Below are positions 11,155 to 20,389 of a stretch of 53,970 nt of DNA, in pieces (position 1 is the first letter of the stretch; every line of letters starts with the position of its first letter). The DNA comes from an uncultured virus (IMG/VR IMGVR_UViG_3300032038_000026). Lineage: Duplodnaviria; Heunggongvirae; Uroviricota; Caudoviricetes. Below the pieces are notes generated by a model. It was not told the DNA's origin. It saw only the letters and a program-made list of their open reading frames with translations, and did no database searches. The stretch lies in the IMG/VR virus record IMGVR_UViG_3300032038_000026; one strand, given 5' to 3'. The position numbers and the translations under genes are program-made.

Positions 11155-11229
11155 GGTTCTGTAGTGCAGTTGGTCTAACACGTCGCCCTGTCACGGCGAA
11201 GAACACGGGTTCAAGTCCCGTCAGAGCCG
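11155..11229 (+). tRNA. tRNA-Asp(GTC)
   Basis: Cloverleaf, anticodon loop ctGTCac, GTTCAAG T loop. Confidence 0.92.
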
Positions 11230-11281
11230 CAGGCCCGCCGCGATAATGCGGGTAGCGCAAAAGATAGTCGTGCGCTTAAAA

Positions 11282-11545
11282 AGTTGAAATGCTTCGGTGG
11301 TGATTCTGTGCCGCCACCTTAACTGAGAGCACCGGCCATTAGCGTGTGGATATACGTACATATTGCCAATTCTATTCTTTGCCGAGAATAGTGAGGAAGC
11401 GGCAACTTCCAAAAAGCGAGCAACGGCTTACAGAGAGCGCTGGACTCCGCGCCCATCGAGGCGGGAAGTGCTGGTAGAGCAGGGGACACCAGACGCCAGA
11501 ACACAAGGGCATGTGGAATGGCAACATAGTTCCTGCATTTCGGTT
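11282..11545 (+). ncRNA. Unidentified structured RNA
   Basis: GC-rich spacer between tRNAs closed by agttgaaatgc/gcatttcggtt, with internal stems. Confidence 0.45.
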
Positions 11546-11554
11546 AATTTAATC

Positions 11555-11645
11555 GTCCCATAAGTCCGGAAAAACGTTCGCCGGCACCTGGAGATTGCGT
11601 CAAAAAGGTATAATGAATGAGTTGAGCGTCATTCATGGGACACCA
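11555..11645 (+). ncRNA. Aberrant tRNA-like element ending in CCA
   Basis: 7-bp acceptor gtcccat/atgggac plus ACCA; three internal hairpins with non-canonical loops. Confidence 0.55.
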
Positions 11646-11648
11646 TAT

Positions 11649-11725
11649 GGTGTCGTAGTGGAATTGGCGAACACGCTACCCCTTCAAGGTGGAGATTCCG
11701 GGTTCAATCCCCGGCGGCATCACCA
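11649..11725 (+). tRNA. tRNA-Glu(TTC)
   Basis: Cloverleaf, loop ctTTCaa, encoded CCA. Confidence 0.92.
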
Positions 11726-12002
11726 CTTTGTCCAAGCAAAGTAAAATATCTTGGTAGAGTGCGGAAAGGATGGATTTTTCGGTTAAACTACTACTGGCAT
11801 AGATTCCCGATGATAATTCCGATGTTCTATGATATGTAGCATAGTCATTTAGCAGCACTCTATAATAAAAAGACAACGAAAGCAAACCGAAAATTATTTC
11901 TTTGGAGGATTGATAGTTATGAAAGTATTAAAGAATCTCCAAAGCGAGGACATGCCAATTGGCTAATCCTCAACCTGGGTAAGTTGTAAAACTGCCCGAT
12001 AC

Positions 12003-12076
12003 TGCGGTGGTGGAGCAATGGTAGCTCACCAGTCTCATAAACTGGAGACGACGTTCAAATCGTCCGACCGCAACCA
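12003..12076 (+). tRNA. tRNA with CAT anticodon (Met, or Ile2 if modified)
   Basis: Loop ctCATaa, GTTCAAA T loop, CCA. Confidence 0.85.
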
Positions 12077-12199
12077 CGTATTTCGTCCTCCTTTCTTTAA
12101 AATTTAGACTCACTTAAGGGAACTATTTCACTAGTAGAGACTAAAATCTACTGGCGGTGGAAATAGCTGTGAGAATATACACTACCTATTATATAATTT

Positions 12200-12278
12200 G
12201 GGCCATGGGACTGCACAGAGTGGTCGCCTCCCTTGCAAGGAGGATATCAGCGGGGAGCGTTACCCCGATGGTCCACCA
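12200..12278 (+). tRNA. tRNA-Ala(TGC), atypical T loop
   Basis: G3:U70 pair, loop ctTGCaa, ACCA. Confidence 0.8.
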
Positions 12279-12397
12279 TCAAGCTGGCCAGTGTGGCGCT
12301 GCAGAAAGCTTGTAAAACACGGGGCTGCCGCATGCCCTCCTCAAGGTATATTTTAGCGGTGCTGGGCATCACCTAAAACTGCCCAATGCCCTCCTAT

Positions 12398-12474
12398 GGT
12401 CTCTTCTTCTAAATGGATAGGAAACTAGCCTCTCAAGCTGGTAATCGTGAGTTCAAATCTCCGAGAGATCACCA
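12398..12474 (+). tRNA. tRNA-Glu(CTC)
   Basis: Stem ctagc/gctgg, loop ctCTCaa, ACCA. Confidence 0.85.
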
Positions 12475-12476
12475 TA

Positions 12477-12568
12477 AAGATATATACAGCAAATTTTAAA
12501 AGTGTTTTGGTTACACAACTTGTCTGAATAACAGGTCGAAGCGGTTCGAATCCGTATTTATGTATCTT
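12477..12568 (+). ncRNA. ACAGCAA stem RNA copy 1 (D, anticodon GAA and T arms, no acceptor stem)
   Basis: aagatata/tgtatctt stem, TACAGCAAA, gtgt/acac arm, acttgt-ctGAAta-acaggt, gcgg-TTCGAAT-ccgt. Confidence 0.7.
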
Positions 12569-12574
12569 GTATAT

Positions 12575-13116
12575 GCGAGGTTAGCGCAGCTGGTGAACGC
12601 ACATGCTTTACTCGACAAATTCTCAAATTAAAAAAAAATATATGAACACGAAAGAAATTGGAAATCTTACAGAATTACAATGTATTACAGGCTTATATAA
12701 AATAGGATGTGATGTAAGTATTCCATTTGGAAATAGTCAAAAATATGATTTAATTATTGATTATAAAAATACATTGTATAAAATTCAAGTAAAACATGCT
12801 AACGATCATAATGGAGAATATTTTACATTTAAAACTCGTTGGCAAGGACATAATATGTCTGGGTATACTCAAAATAGATACACAAAAGACGATATTGATT
12901 TTTTCGCTACTTACTATAATGGAGATGTATATTTAATTCCTGTTGAAGAGTGTAGTGGATCAGATAAAACAATTCGTATAGCTCCTCCTAAAAAAAATCA
13001 AATTAAAGGTATTAATTTTGCTGAAAATTATTTAGCAGAGGAGGTTTTAAAAAAATTATGAGAACATTGTTAAGTAAAGCATGGGACTCCGAGTTCAAGT
13101 CTCGGGCTTCGCACCA
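12575..13116 (+). tRNA. tRNA-Val(TAC) interrupted by a 465-nt insertion (about 12612-13076)
   Basis: 5' half 12575-12611 and 3' half 13077-13116 join to catgc-ttTACaa-gcatg with normal acceptor, T arm and ACCA; exact junction inferred. Confidence 0.8.
12642..13061 (+). CDS. PD-(D/E)XK endonuclease of the intron-associated type, inside tRNA-Val
   Basis: IGNLTE..VSIPFG..YDLIID..KIQVK..YTKDDIDFF..YLIPVE. Confidence 0.8.
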   Translation: MNTKEIGNLTELQCITGLYKIGCDVSIPFGNSQKYDLIIDYKNTLYKIQVKHANDHNGEYFTFKTRWQGHNMSGYTQNRYTKDDIDFFATYYNGDVYLIPVEECSGSDKTIRIAPPKKNQIKGINFAENYLAEEVLKKL

Positions 13117-13262
13117 ATTAGCGAATGGTCAACGCTAATGGATAAGTCCTCTTTTCAAGGGATAACACTCTCTAATGAGAGTGTTATTTTTTTTATTAAA
13201 CTTGATTTTTTTATAAATTTAGAGTATAATATATATGTAAGATAAAGAAAGGGGTAAATAAA

Positions 13263-13577
13263 ATGAAGCTTTGGGTAGATGATGTGCGCCAGCCGCCCTC
13301 TGATGATTGGCTTTGGGCTAAGACTGTATATGAAGCAATTACTGCCATTAGAATGTATGAGCATCAGTGGTTTGATGATACTATTACTATTTCGCTCGAT
13401 CATGACGCTGGTGATTACGCTAAAAACGGCGGTGATTATATTAAAATTCTGAACTGGCTTGAGCGCGAAGGCATTGTTGATACCGGTTACTTCTTTCATA
13501 TTCATTCTATGAATCCCGTTGGTGTTCAGAATATGCGTGCAATTATTGAGCATAATAGATGGAGGGAAATCAGATGA
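13263..13577 (+). CDS. Cyclic-phosphate-processing receiver-domain protein
   Basis: LWVDDVR, ISLDHDAG, IHSMNPVG motifs. Confidence 0.8.
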   Translation: MKLWVDDVRQPPSDDWLWAKTVYEAITAIRMYEHQWFDDTITISLDHDAGDYAKNGGDYIKILNWLEREGIVDTGYFFHIHSMNPVGVQNMRAIIEHNRWREIR

Positions 13578-13765
13578 TTGAACCTTGGATTGCTATGGGC
13601 CATCTTATTGAAATGAATTATGGACAAAAAGTTCATTGGCGAGATGGATATTTTTATTGTCCTAAATGTGGTAGAGCAATTTATCAGATTAGTTGGAATA
13701 AAATGGATTTGATGAATGGGGATAATGGGTTTATATGTCCATTTTGTGAAAATATTATTAATTAA
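13574..13765 (+). CDS. Small zinc-ribbon protein
   Basis: CPKC and CPFC. Confidence 0.6.
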   Translation: MIEPWIAMGHLIEMNYGQKVHWRDGYFYCPKCGRAIYQISWNKMDLMNGDNGFICPFCENIIN

Positions 13766-13779
13766 AAAGGGTGATATAA

Positions 13780-14148
13780 ATGTCCAGAAGTTATAAAAAA
13801 CATCCATATTATACTGATGGCCGGCGGCGCACAACCAAAGAGATAAAGCAAATTGCGAATCGTTGTGTGCGGCGGCGCAATAAACGCATAATTTCTGGGT
13901 ATTTATATCGGGAGTCTAATTATCGAGATATACTTTGTCTTGATGGAATGTCATATAAGAGATTTTATAACTCATATGATATTCATGATTGGGTTAGCAG
14001 ATGGACTAAAGCCCAAGCAATCCATCAATGGGAGCATCCTCATTGGCATTATTTTGAGCGTACTGATACGTGGTGGCATATTTGGGAAGAATACAAGACA
14101 AGAGAAGAAATGGAACAGTATTGGGCGAAGTATTATAGGAGAAAATAA
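13780..14148 (+). CDS. Basic hypothetical protein
   Basis: SD, MSRSYKKHP start, tight packing. Confidence 0.7.
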   Translation: MSRSYKKHPYYTDGRRRTTKEIKQIANRCVRRRNKRIISGYLYRESNYRDILCLDGMSYKRFYNSYDIHDWVSRWTKAQAIHQWEHPHWHYFERTDTWWHIWEEYKTREEMEQYWAKYYRRK

Positions 14149-14298
14149 AAATGAAGTTTTTGTTATATATTAGTTTATTGCTTAGCCTATTTTTAATTGT
14201 GATGGGTACTGTTTTAGCAATATATAATCATTCTATTTTTGCAATTTATGTTGTTTTTGGTTTAATACTTTTTATTTTTATATTAATGGTGATTATAA

Positions 14299-14859
14299 AT
14301 GATTGAAGGGCTTTATAAATGTTTTGAACATTGGCATAGAGAGGGTACGGTTTGGCTTTATAGTGACACCCATTTTAACGAAGATAGTGATATCCGTGTG
14401 GCATTTCCAAATCGCCCTTCTGCCGAGGAACAAATCAAACTAATTAACTCTAAGGTTGGCCGCAAAGATCACCTAATTCTTCTTGGCGACGTTGGCGATA
14501 TTGAATGCGCGCGGAAGCTTAGGGGGCATAAAATTCTTATTAAAGGGAACCATGATGGTGGTTTGTCAAATTATGAGGATGTCTTTGAGGAAGTTTATGG
14601 CGGTCCGCTCATGATTGGAGAAAGAATAATTTTGTCTCATGAGCCTCTTGCTATTAGTTGGGCTTTTAATATTCATGGCCATACACATTTGAGTTCGTTT
14701 GACCGTCCTGGCCATATGTGTGTATGTAGTGATGTAATTAATTATACGCCCGTGAACTTTAATCAGTTTGTTAAAAGCGGCCGCCTCAAAGAGGTTACGC
14801 CGCTGCATCGTTCTACGATTGATAAAGCAACTCAAAGAAAAAATTTGAAAAATAAGTAA
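14299..14859 (+). CDS. Metallophosphoesterase
   Basis: SDTHF, LGDVG, KGNHD, LSHEP, IHGHTH. Confidence 0.88.
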   Translation: MIEGLYKCFEHWHREGTVWLYSDTHFNEDSDIRVAFPNRPSAEEQIKLINSKVGRKDHLILLGDVGDIECARKLRGHKILIKGNHDGGLSNYEDVFEEVYGGPLMIGERIILSHEPLAISWAFNIHGHTHLSSFDRPGHMCVCSDVINYTPVNFNQFVKSGRLKEVTPLHRSTIDKATQRKNLKNK

Positions 14860-14975
14860 TTTTATAGTATAATATATATAGAAAGAAAGAACGCGAACTT
14901 GCGTAAAATATTATTTTAATGTACTCTTATCTTAAATATTCTACTTTATTATAGAAGGTAATAGGAGGAATAGAT

Positions 14976-15731
14976 ATGGGTAAAGCATTAAATTTAGTTG
15001 GATAGCGATTTACTCGTTTAGTGGTTTTAGAATATGCAGAAGAAGATAAATAGAAATATTATAATGGAAAACATAAAGTTACTTGGAAATGTAAATGTGA
15101 TTGCGGTAATATTTGCTATGTTACTACTGAAAATTTAAGACGTGGAGATACTCCATCTTGTGGTTGTATAACAAAAGAAAATCGTCGAAAACAATTAAAA
15201 GATTTAACAGGCCAAAGATTCGGTCATTTAGAAGTGATTAAGTATCTTGGCACGGTAAATAGAAATTCAAAATATTGGGTACGATGTGATTGTGGGAAGG
15301 AATATGAAATTTATGCTTCAAATCTTACTCAAGGATGTACAACAAGCTGTGGTTGTACTAAAGAATCTCATGGTGAATAGAAAATACGAGAAATACTAAT
15401 TAAAAATAATATTAATTTTATTAGTTAGAAAACTTTTAATAATTTTTATTATCCAGATACACATGGTAAACCAAGGTTTGATTTTTTCTTACCAGATTAT
15501 AATATTTTAATTGAATACGATGGAGAGCAGCATTTTAAACCAGTTTTTAATTGGGATACGGATGAAAAATATAAACAAAGACTATTACATGATAAAATTA
15601 AAAATGAATATGCTTGGGATAATAATTTTATAATCATTCGTATTCCATATATTCATTATAATAATTTGACTCTTGATGATTTATTATTAAATAGTAATTT
15701 TATAAGAAAGGATGATAGAAATGCTGGATAA
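14976..15731 (+). CDS. Free-standing homing-type endonuclease (CxCDCG/SCGC repeats plus DUF559-like domain), absent from the ORF track because of TAGs
   Basis: AGGAGG SD; NLVG(TAG)RF repeat matches DLTG(CAA)RF; RFDFFLP..LIEYDGEQHF..IIRIPY. Confidence 0.82.
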
Positions 15732-16968
15732 AAATGGAATTCGTCAGTTAGCCTACGTCGTGATTGTAGATGGAATTGAAGAGCTTCCTGGGTATGACCG
15801 TGTTGAAAGTGCGTGCATCGGCGGATGGCGTTGTATTGTCCCTAAGGGGCAGTTTCATGTGGGTAGTCCTGGTATTTACTTTGAGATTGATAGTCGTGTA
15901 CCTTCTGATAATCCTGCTTTTGCTTTTCTTGAGAAGCGAAATTATAAGATTAAGACTCAGAAGATGTGTAAAAGCATTTCTCAGGGACTTCTTATGCATG
16001 CGGATGATTTTGGATGGAAAATTATCTTTGATGGAACTAAAACTCCTTATGTTTATGATGGAGAGAAAGTTCATTATGCAGATGATGAAACTCGTTTTCT
16101 TACCAAAATTCTTGGTGTAACTTATGCTGACGATGAAGATAATGCTCGTAAAGCTCCTTCTGCTGATAAGTATAAGAAAATGGCTCAGCGGCATCCTAAT
16201 ATCTTTAAGAAGCCTTGGGCGCGCTGGATGATGAAGCGCGAATGGGGTCGTAAGCTTATGTTTATGTTCTTCGGCAAGAAGAAAGACAAGAAGAATGGCT
16301 GGCCGGCTTGGGTTTCAAAAACTGATGAAGAGCGTATTCAGAATATGCCTTGGATTCTTAACGATACTGGTAGCTGGGTTATTACTGAAAAAATTGATGG
16401 TTCTAGCACTACTTTTACTATGAAGCGCGGTAAACGTGGTAAGAAGGAATTCTATGTTTGTTCTCGAAATATATGTTTTGATAGTGTAGATAAACCTTGC
16501 TATTATGATACCAATATTTATTGGGAAATGGCGCAGAAGTATGATATGTACAATGTACTTTCTAAGTTTCTTGATGAACATCCTTCGACTGAATGGGTAA
16601 CTATTCAGGGCGAGACTTTCGGTAATGGAGTTCAGAAGAGAGATTATTCTATGAGTGGGCATGATTTCCGTGCATTTAACCTTATTACTTCTGATAAAGG
16701 CCGTTATGGGACTTTAGAGATGGACGCTATTCTTTATAAATATGGAGTACTTTGTGTGCCTATTATTCATAAAGATTTCCATTTTGATTTTCTTGATAAG
16801 GTAAAACTTGAAGGTGAAAATAATAGAGTAGATACCCTTCTTAATATGGCTACTGGTAAATCAGAAATTGATATGCTCCCTCGTGAAGGATATGTTCTTC
16901 GTTCTGCTGATGGTACTAAATCCTTTAAGGCAGTAAGCAATAGTTTTCTTCTTAAATATCATGGATAA
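15721..16968 (+). CDS. ATP-dependent RNA ligase (Rnl2/DRB0094-like) with N-terminal extra domain
   Basis: KTDEERIQN, TEKIDGSS (I), QGE (III), FRAFNL (IIIa), REGYV (IV), SFKAVS (V). Confidence 0.88.
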   Translation: MLDKNGIRQLAYVVIVDGIEELPGYDRVESACIGGWRCIVPKGQFHVGSPGIYFEIDSRVPSDNPAFAFLEKRNYKIKTQKMCKSISQGLLMHADDFGWKIIFDGTKTPYVYDGEKVHYADDETRFLTKILGVTYADDEDNARKAPSADKYKKMAQRHPNIFKKPWARWMMKREWGRKLMFMFFGKKKDKKNGWPAWVSKTDEERIQNMPWILNDTGSWVITEKIDGSSTTFTMKRGKRGKKEFYVCSRNICFDSVDKPCYYDTNIYWEMAQKYDMYNVLSKFLDEHPSTEWVTIQGETFGNGVQKRDYSMSGHDFRAFNLITSDKGRYGTLEMDAILYKYGVLCVPIIHKDFHFDFLDKVKLEGENNRVDTLLNMATGKSEIDMLPREGYVLRSADGTKSFKAVSNSFLLKYHG

Positions 16969-16978
16969 GGAGTAAGTT

Positions 16979-17245
16979 ATGACTGATAAAGAAGAATATA
17001 AAAAGACTTTAGCTTTATACCTTCAAACTTGCCAGGAAGAGTATAGGTCTACGCATAAAAACTGTATAACATGCGAACTCTGTAAAGATAGAGAGTATAC
17101 TTGGCCAACATGTAAAGTCACTGGGAAAGAAATAGGTGATTTTAATTGGATTCGTGCAATTAGAGCTGCTATGTGTAAATATTATACTCCACATATAGAT
17201 GAGACAAAACAAGAAGAAAAGTATTGGGTTTATGAAAGAAGATAA
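16979..17245 (+). CDS. Cys-rich hypothetical protein
   Basis: AAGGAG SD, CITCELC. Confidence 0.6.
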   Translation: MTDKEEYKKTLALYLQTCQEEYRSTHKNCITCELCKDREYTWPTCKVTGKEIGDFNWIRAIRAAMCKYYTPHIDETKQEEKYWVYERR

Positions 17246-17330
17246 ATATTAATACACGATAGAGAAAAGTATTTTGACTTTTCTCTATTTTTATGTTATA
17301 ATATATATAGAAAATGAAAGGAGTAATAAA

Positions 17331-17678
17331 ATGTTTGATAAACGCATTATCTGGTATGCAGAACAAATCTATGATACAAAAATTTCTATTGCATACTCAA
17401 AAGATAAAACAGTAATGTTTATTAAAACTCCTGAAAACTATTTTAAAATTTATTTACTGGATTTTGAGCGGTTCGGATATTATAGTGTGATGCATGAAAA
17501 TCGTTATGGTGAAAAAGGTTGGCACAAACAATTGCGGGCGCGCAGTCTAAATTATGCAATTTATATGTGTTGTGTGCATGACTTTAATAAAGAAAACAGT
17601 ATTTGGTCTTATAATTTTGATTATAAGCGATTTATGGACGATGCGTATAAAGCATATAATTGGGAGGAGAAGAAATGA
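17331..17678 (+). CDS. Hypothetical protein
   Basis: Promoter and AAAGGAG SD before ATG 17331. Confidence 0.65.
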   Translation: MFDKRIIWYAEQIYDTKISIAYSKDKTVMFIKTPENYFKIYLLDFERFGYYSVMHENRYGEKGWHKQLRARSLNYAIYMCCVHDFNKENSIWSYNFDYKRFMDDAYKAYNWEEKK

Positions 17679-17899
17679 CCGTTTACGAAAAGATTGATCG
17701 CGTACTTAAACAGCACGAAAATCATAAGTATTGTGAGCGCTCTTTGGGTTCGATTGCAGATTATATAAACTGGGCATGGAAATGGAAGAAGATTAGTAGA
17801 GAAGAAATGGAGAGTGCGGCCGATCGAGTTTGTAGATTGTTTGACGCTGAGTTGGAGAAAACTATAGATAGGAGTTATGACCATGTTCGAGACATTTGA
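17675..17899 (+). CDS. Hypothetical protein
   Basis: GGAGG SD, ATGA overlap. Confidence 0.6.
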   Translation: MTVYEKIDRVLKQHENHKYCERSLGSIADYINWAWKWKKISREEMESAADRVCRLFDAELEKTIDRSYDHVRDI

Positions 17900-18030
17900 A
17901 GAATTTAAGCAATGGTTAGACGCCATTCCAGATGAAGAGAAAGAGCCATTTTGTCCTTTTGAGTGTGGATATTGTGATGTAGCATACAGTGGTGAATGCT
18001 TTAAATGTCAGGGAAAGGATTTAAGATTTG

Positions 18031-18513
18031 ATGAATAAAACTCTGTGGTTGATGTGTGGCGCGCCTGGTTCAGGGAAAACGTGGTTTGCAAAAAATAAGT
18101 TGATGAAAGGTTATGGCTGGGACTATATTTCTCGTGATGAAGTGCGCTTTTCTATGATTAAAGATGGAGAAGAATATTTTAGTCATGAAACCGCTGTTTT
18201 TAATGAGTTTGTTGAGAAAATTGCGATTGCACTTGATTGGGGTCATGATAACGTAATTGCTGATGCGACACATTTAAATTGGGGTTCTCGTCGTAAGCTC
18301 TTGAAGGCTCTTAGTAAGAATTGTGTGCTGGAAGATGTAGATGTAATTCCTGTAGTTATAGATGTAAAACTGGAAGATATTCTCGAACGTAATAAACTTC
18401 GTGATGACCGCGCGCGAGTGCCAGAAGAGACAATTCGTAGAATGTACAGTAGTATAAGTGACCCAGCGAAAGACCCATATAAGTATACTGCTATTATGAG
18501 GGTGAGGAATTAA
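18031..18513 (+). CDS. Polynucleotide-kinase-like P-loop kinase
   Basis: CGAPGSGKT, ISRDEVR, IADATHL..R, ERNKLR..VPEETIRRM. Confidence 0.85.
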   Translation: MNKTLWLMCGAPGSGKTWFAKNKLMKGYGWDYISRDEVRFSMIKDGEEYFSHETAVFNEFVEKIAIALDWGHDNVIADATHLNWGSRRKLLKALSKNCVLEDVDVIPVVIDVKLEDILERNKLRDDRARVPEETIRRMYSSISDPAKDPYKYTAIMRVRN

Positions 18514-18514
18514 A

Positions 18515-19084
18515 ATGATATATCTAACATCAGACCTCCATTTTAATCATGACAGGGAGTTCATCTATAAGCCGCGCGGTTTTAACTCGGTTGAAGAAAT
18601 GAATAATAAAATAATTGCCAATTTTAATGAGATTGTGACTCCTGATGATGATGTATATGTTCTTGGAGATCTTATGCTCGGCGGCCCTGATAAGCTTGAT
18701 GAAGGACTTAATTCAATTAGTGAATTAAATGGTAAGCTTCATCTTGTGCGAGGGAATCATGATACTGATAAACGCTGGGAAGCATATAAAGGACTTCATA
18801 ATGTTGTAGAAGTAGATAATGCAATTTATCTAAAATATAATGGTTTTCATTTTTATATGTCTCATTTTCCTACTATTACTAGTAATAATGATTATGATAA
18901 GCCTTTAAATGCGCGTCTTTTGAATTTGTGCGGGCATAGTCATTGTAAAAATAAGTATGCTGATATGGATAAGGGATATATTTATCATGTAGAATTAGAT
19001 TGTCAAGACAATATGCCCGTAGAAATTAATCAAATAATTAGAGATTTTAAGAGTTTTATTTACTTACCATTAGAAGAAAAATGA
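18515..19084 (+). CDS. Metallophosphoesterase
   Basis: TSDLHFNH, LGDL, RGNHD, SHFP, CGHSH. Confidence 0.88.
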   Translation: MIYLTSDLHFNHDREFIYKPRGFNSVEEMNNKIIANFNEIVTPDDDVYVLGDLMLGGPDKLDEGLNSISELNGKLHLVRGNHDTDKRWEAYKGLHNVVEVDNAIYLKYNGFHFYMSHFPTITSNNDYDKPLNARLLNLCGHSHCKNKYADMDKGYIYHVELDCQDNMPVEINQIIRDFKSFIYLPLEEK

Positions 19085-19110
19085 AATTACTTCTATGGAG
19101 GTATATAAAA

Positions 19111-19902
19111 ATGAATAAAATAGATATGACTGGATGGAAGATGTCTGAGCATGGTGTGCCAGATAGTAAATTGACAGTTTTATATGAGGTAGAGCCGCAT
19201 ATAACTTCTGGCGGTAATAGACAAGTACAATATTTATGTCGCTGTGAATGTGGAAAAGAAATTAAAGTTCTTGGCGCGCGTTTAAGAAATGGAAATACGA
19301 AATCATGTGGCTGTATTCATTCTAATCAATTAATAAATAGAAATATTTAGCATGGCCGCTAGATAAAAATAAATGATTGTTTTGGAAAATTAACAGTAAT
19401 AGCCGATTTAGGTATGAGAAAATAGAAATCTCGTAATAAAAATTGGCGTTGGTCATTATGTTAGTGTGATTGCGGGAGCGAACCTATAGAAGTTCCTAAT
19501 AATTTATTAATTAATGGGCACAAAACTTCTTGCGGATGTATAGGATCTATTGGTGAATTAAAAATTGAATAGCTTTTAAAAGAAAATCATTTACAATATA
19601 TAAAAGAATATAAATTTAATGATTTATATAATAGTAAAACACATTATTAGTATCGTTTTGATTTTGCGGTATTTCAAAATGATGAAATAATTTTTTTAAT
19701 TGAATTTGATGGTAGATAGCATTTTACTGGACCAGAATCAACTTGGAAAAATACTCGCTCATTAGAACAAATTAAATGGGCAGATCAAGAAAAAAATAAT
19801 TATTGTAAAGAACACAATTTAATTTTAAAACGTATACCATATTTTAATTTGAATCAAATTACTATAGATAATATTTTGTCTAATAAATGGGATATAATAT
19901 AA
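19111..19902 (+). CDS. Free-standing endonuclease, paralog of 14976 (several TAG)
   Basis: CRCECG/SCGC repeats, YRFDFAVF..LIEFDGR(TAG)HF where the paralog has GEQHF, LKRIPY. Confidence 0.8.
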
Positions 19903-19991
19903 TATGTTACATTTTAAAGTAAGATTTGATTTTTCTTTAATTTTATAGTATAATATATACATAAGATGAAAGAGAAGGAGGGTGTGTTATC

Positions 19992-20381
19992 ATCGGCTTA
20001 GACAATGGAATTTTAATAAAAGATGTAATACGTGAGCAGCTACCTCGATGGATTCATTACCCTTTTAATATGGATTATGATTACGTTGATATATGCTATT
20101 GGCGTAAATGGTGGGGTATGCGCAATAAGTTTCTGCGTACGGCTTATCCGAATTATAAGGATGATAATTGTGAATTTGATATGAGCGCCCGCGAAATAAG
20201 AATTATGAGAAGTATTCTTATTGATTATCTGGTGCATCTAAGTCATTGGGATAATGATTATTGGGAGTATGATAAATACACAAGAAAAGGGCTTATTGGT
20301 CAAATTTGGTCTCTATATTTACTGGAATTTTGGTATAAGTGGCATCCAGATGCAAAAATTATCTTTTATGATTCTTATTAA
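19992..20381 (+). CDS. Hypothetical protein, start uncertain (possible ATC)
   Basis: Frame of the 20070 ORF stays open back to an AGGAGG SD; no ATG at the expected spacing. Confidence 0.55.
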   Translation: MGLDNGILIKDVIREQLPRWIHYPFNMDYDYVDICYWRKWWGMRNKFLRTAYPNYKDDNCEFDMSAREIRIMRSILIDYLVHLSHWDNDYWEYDKYTRKGLIGQIWSLYLLEFWYKWHPDAKIIFYDSY

Positions 20382-20389
20382 AGGGGATA

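Noticed and set aside
11232..11645. RNase P RNA or tmRNA
   Set aside because: GAGGAAG and CGGCTTACAG recall RNase P but the P4 pairing cannot be built; no alanine acceptor, TTCRA arm or tag ORF for tmRNA
12612..13076. Group I self-splicing intron
   Set aside because: Only 30 and 15 nt flank the ORF and I could find no P7 core
12607..13078. Alternative junctions giving Tyr(GTA) or ochre (TTA) anticodons
   Set aside because: Possible on paper, but the short variable loop, A73 and similarity to Firmicutes tRNA-Val(TAC) favour Val
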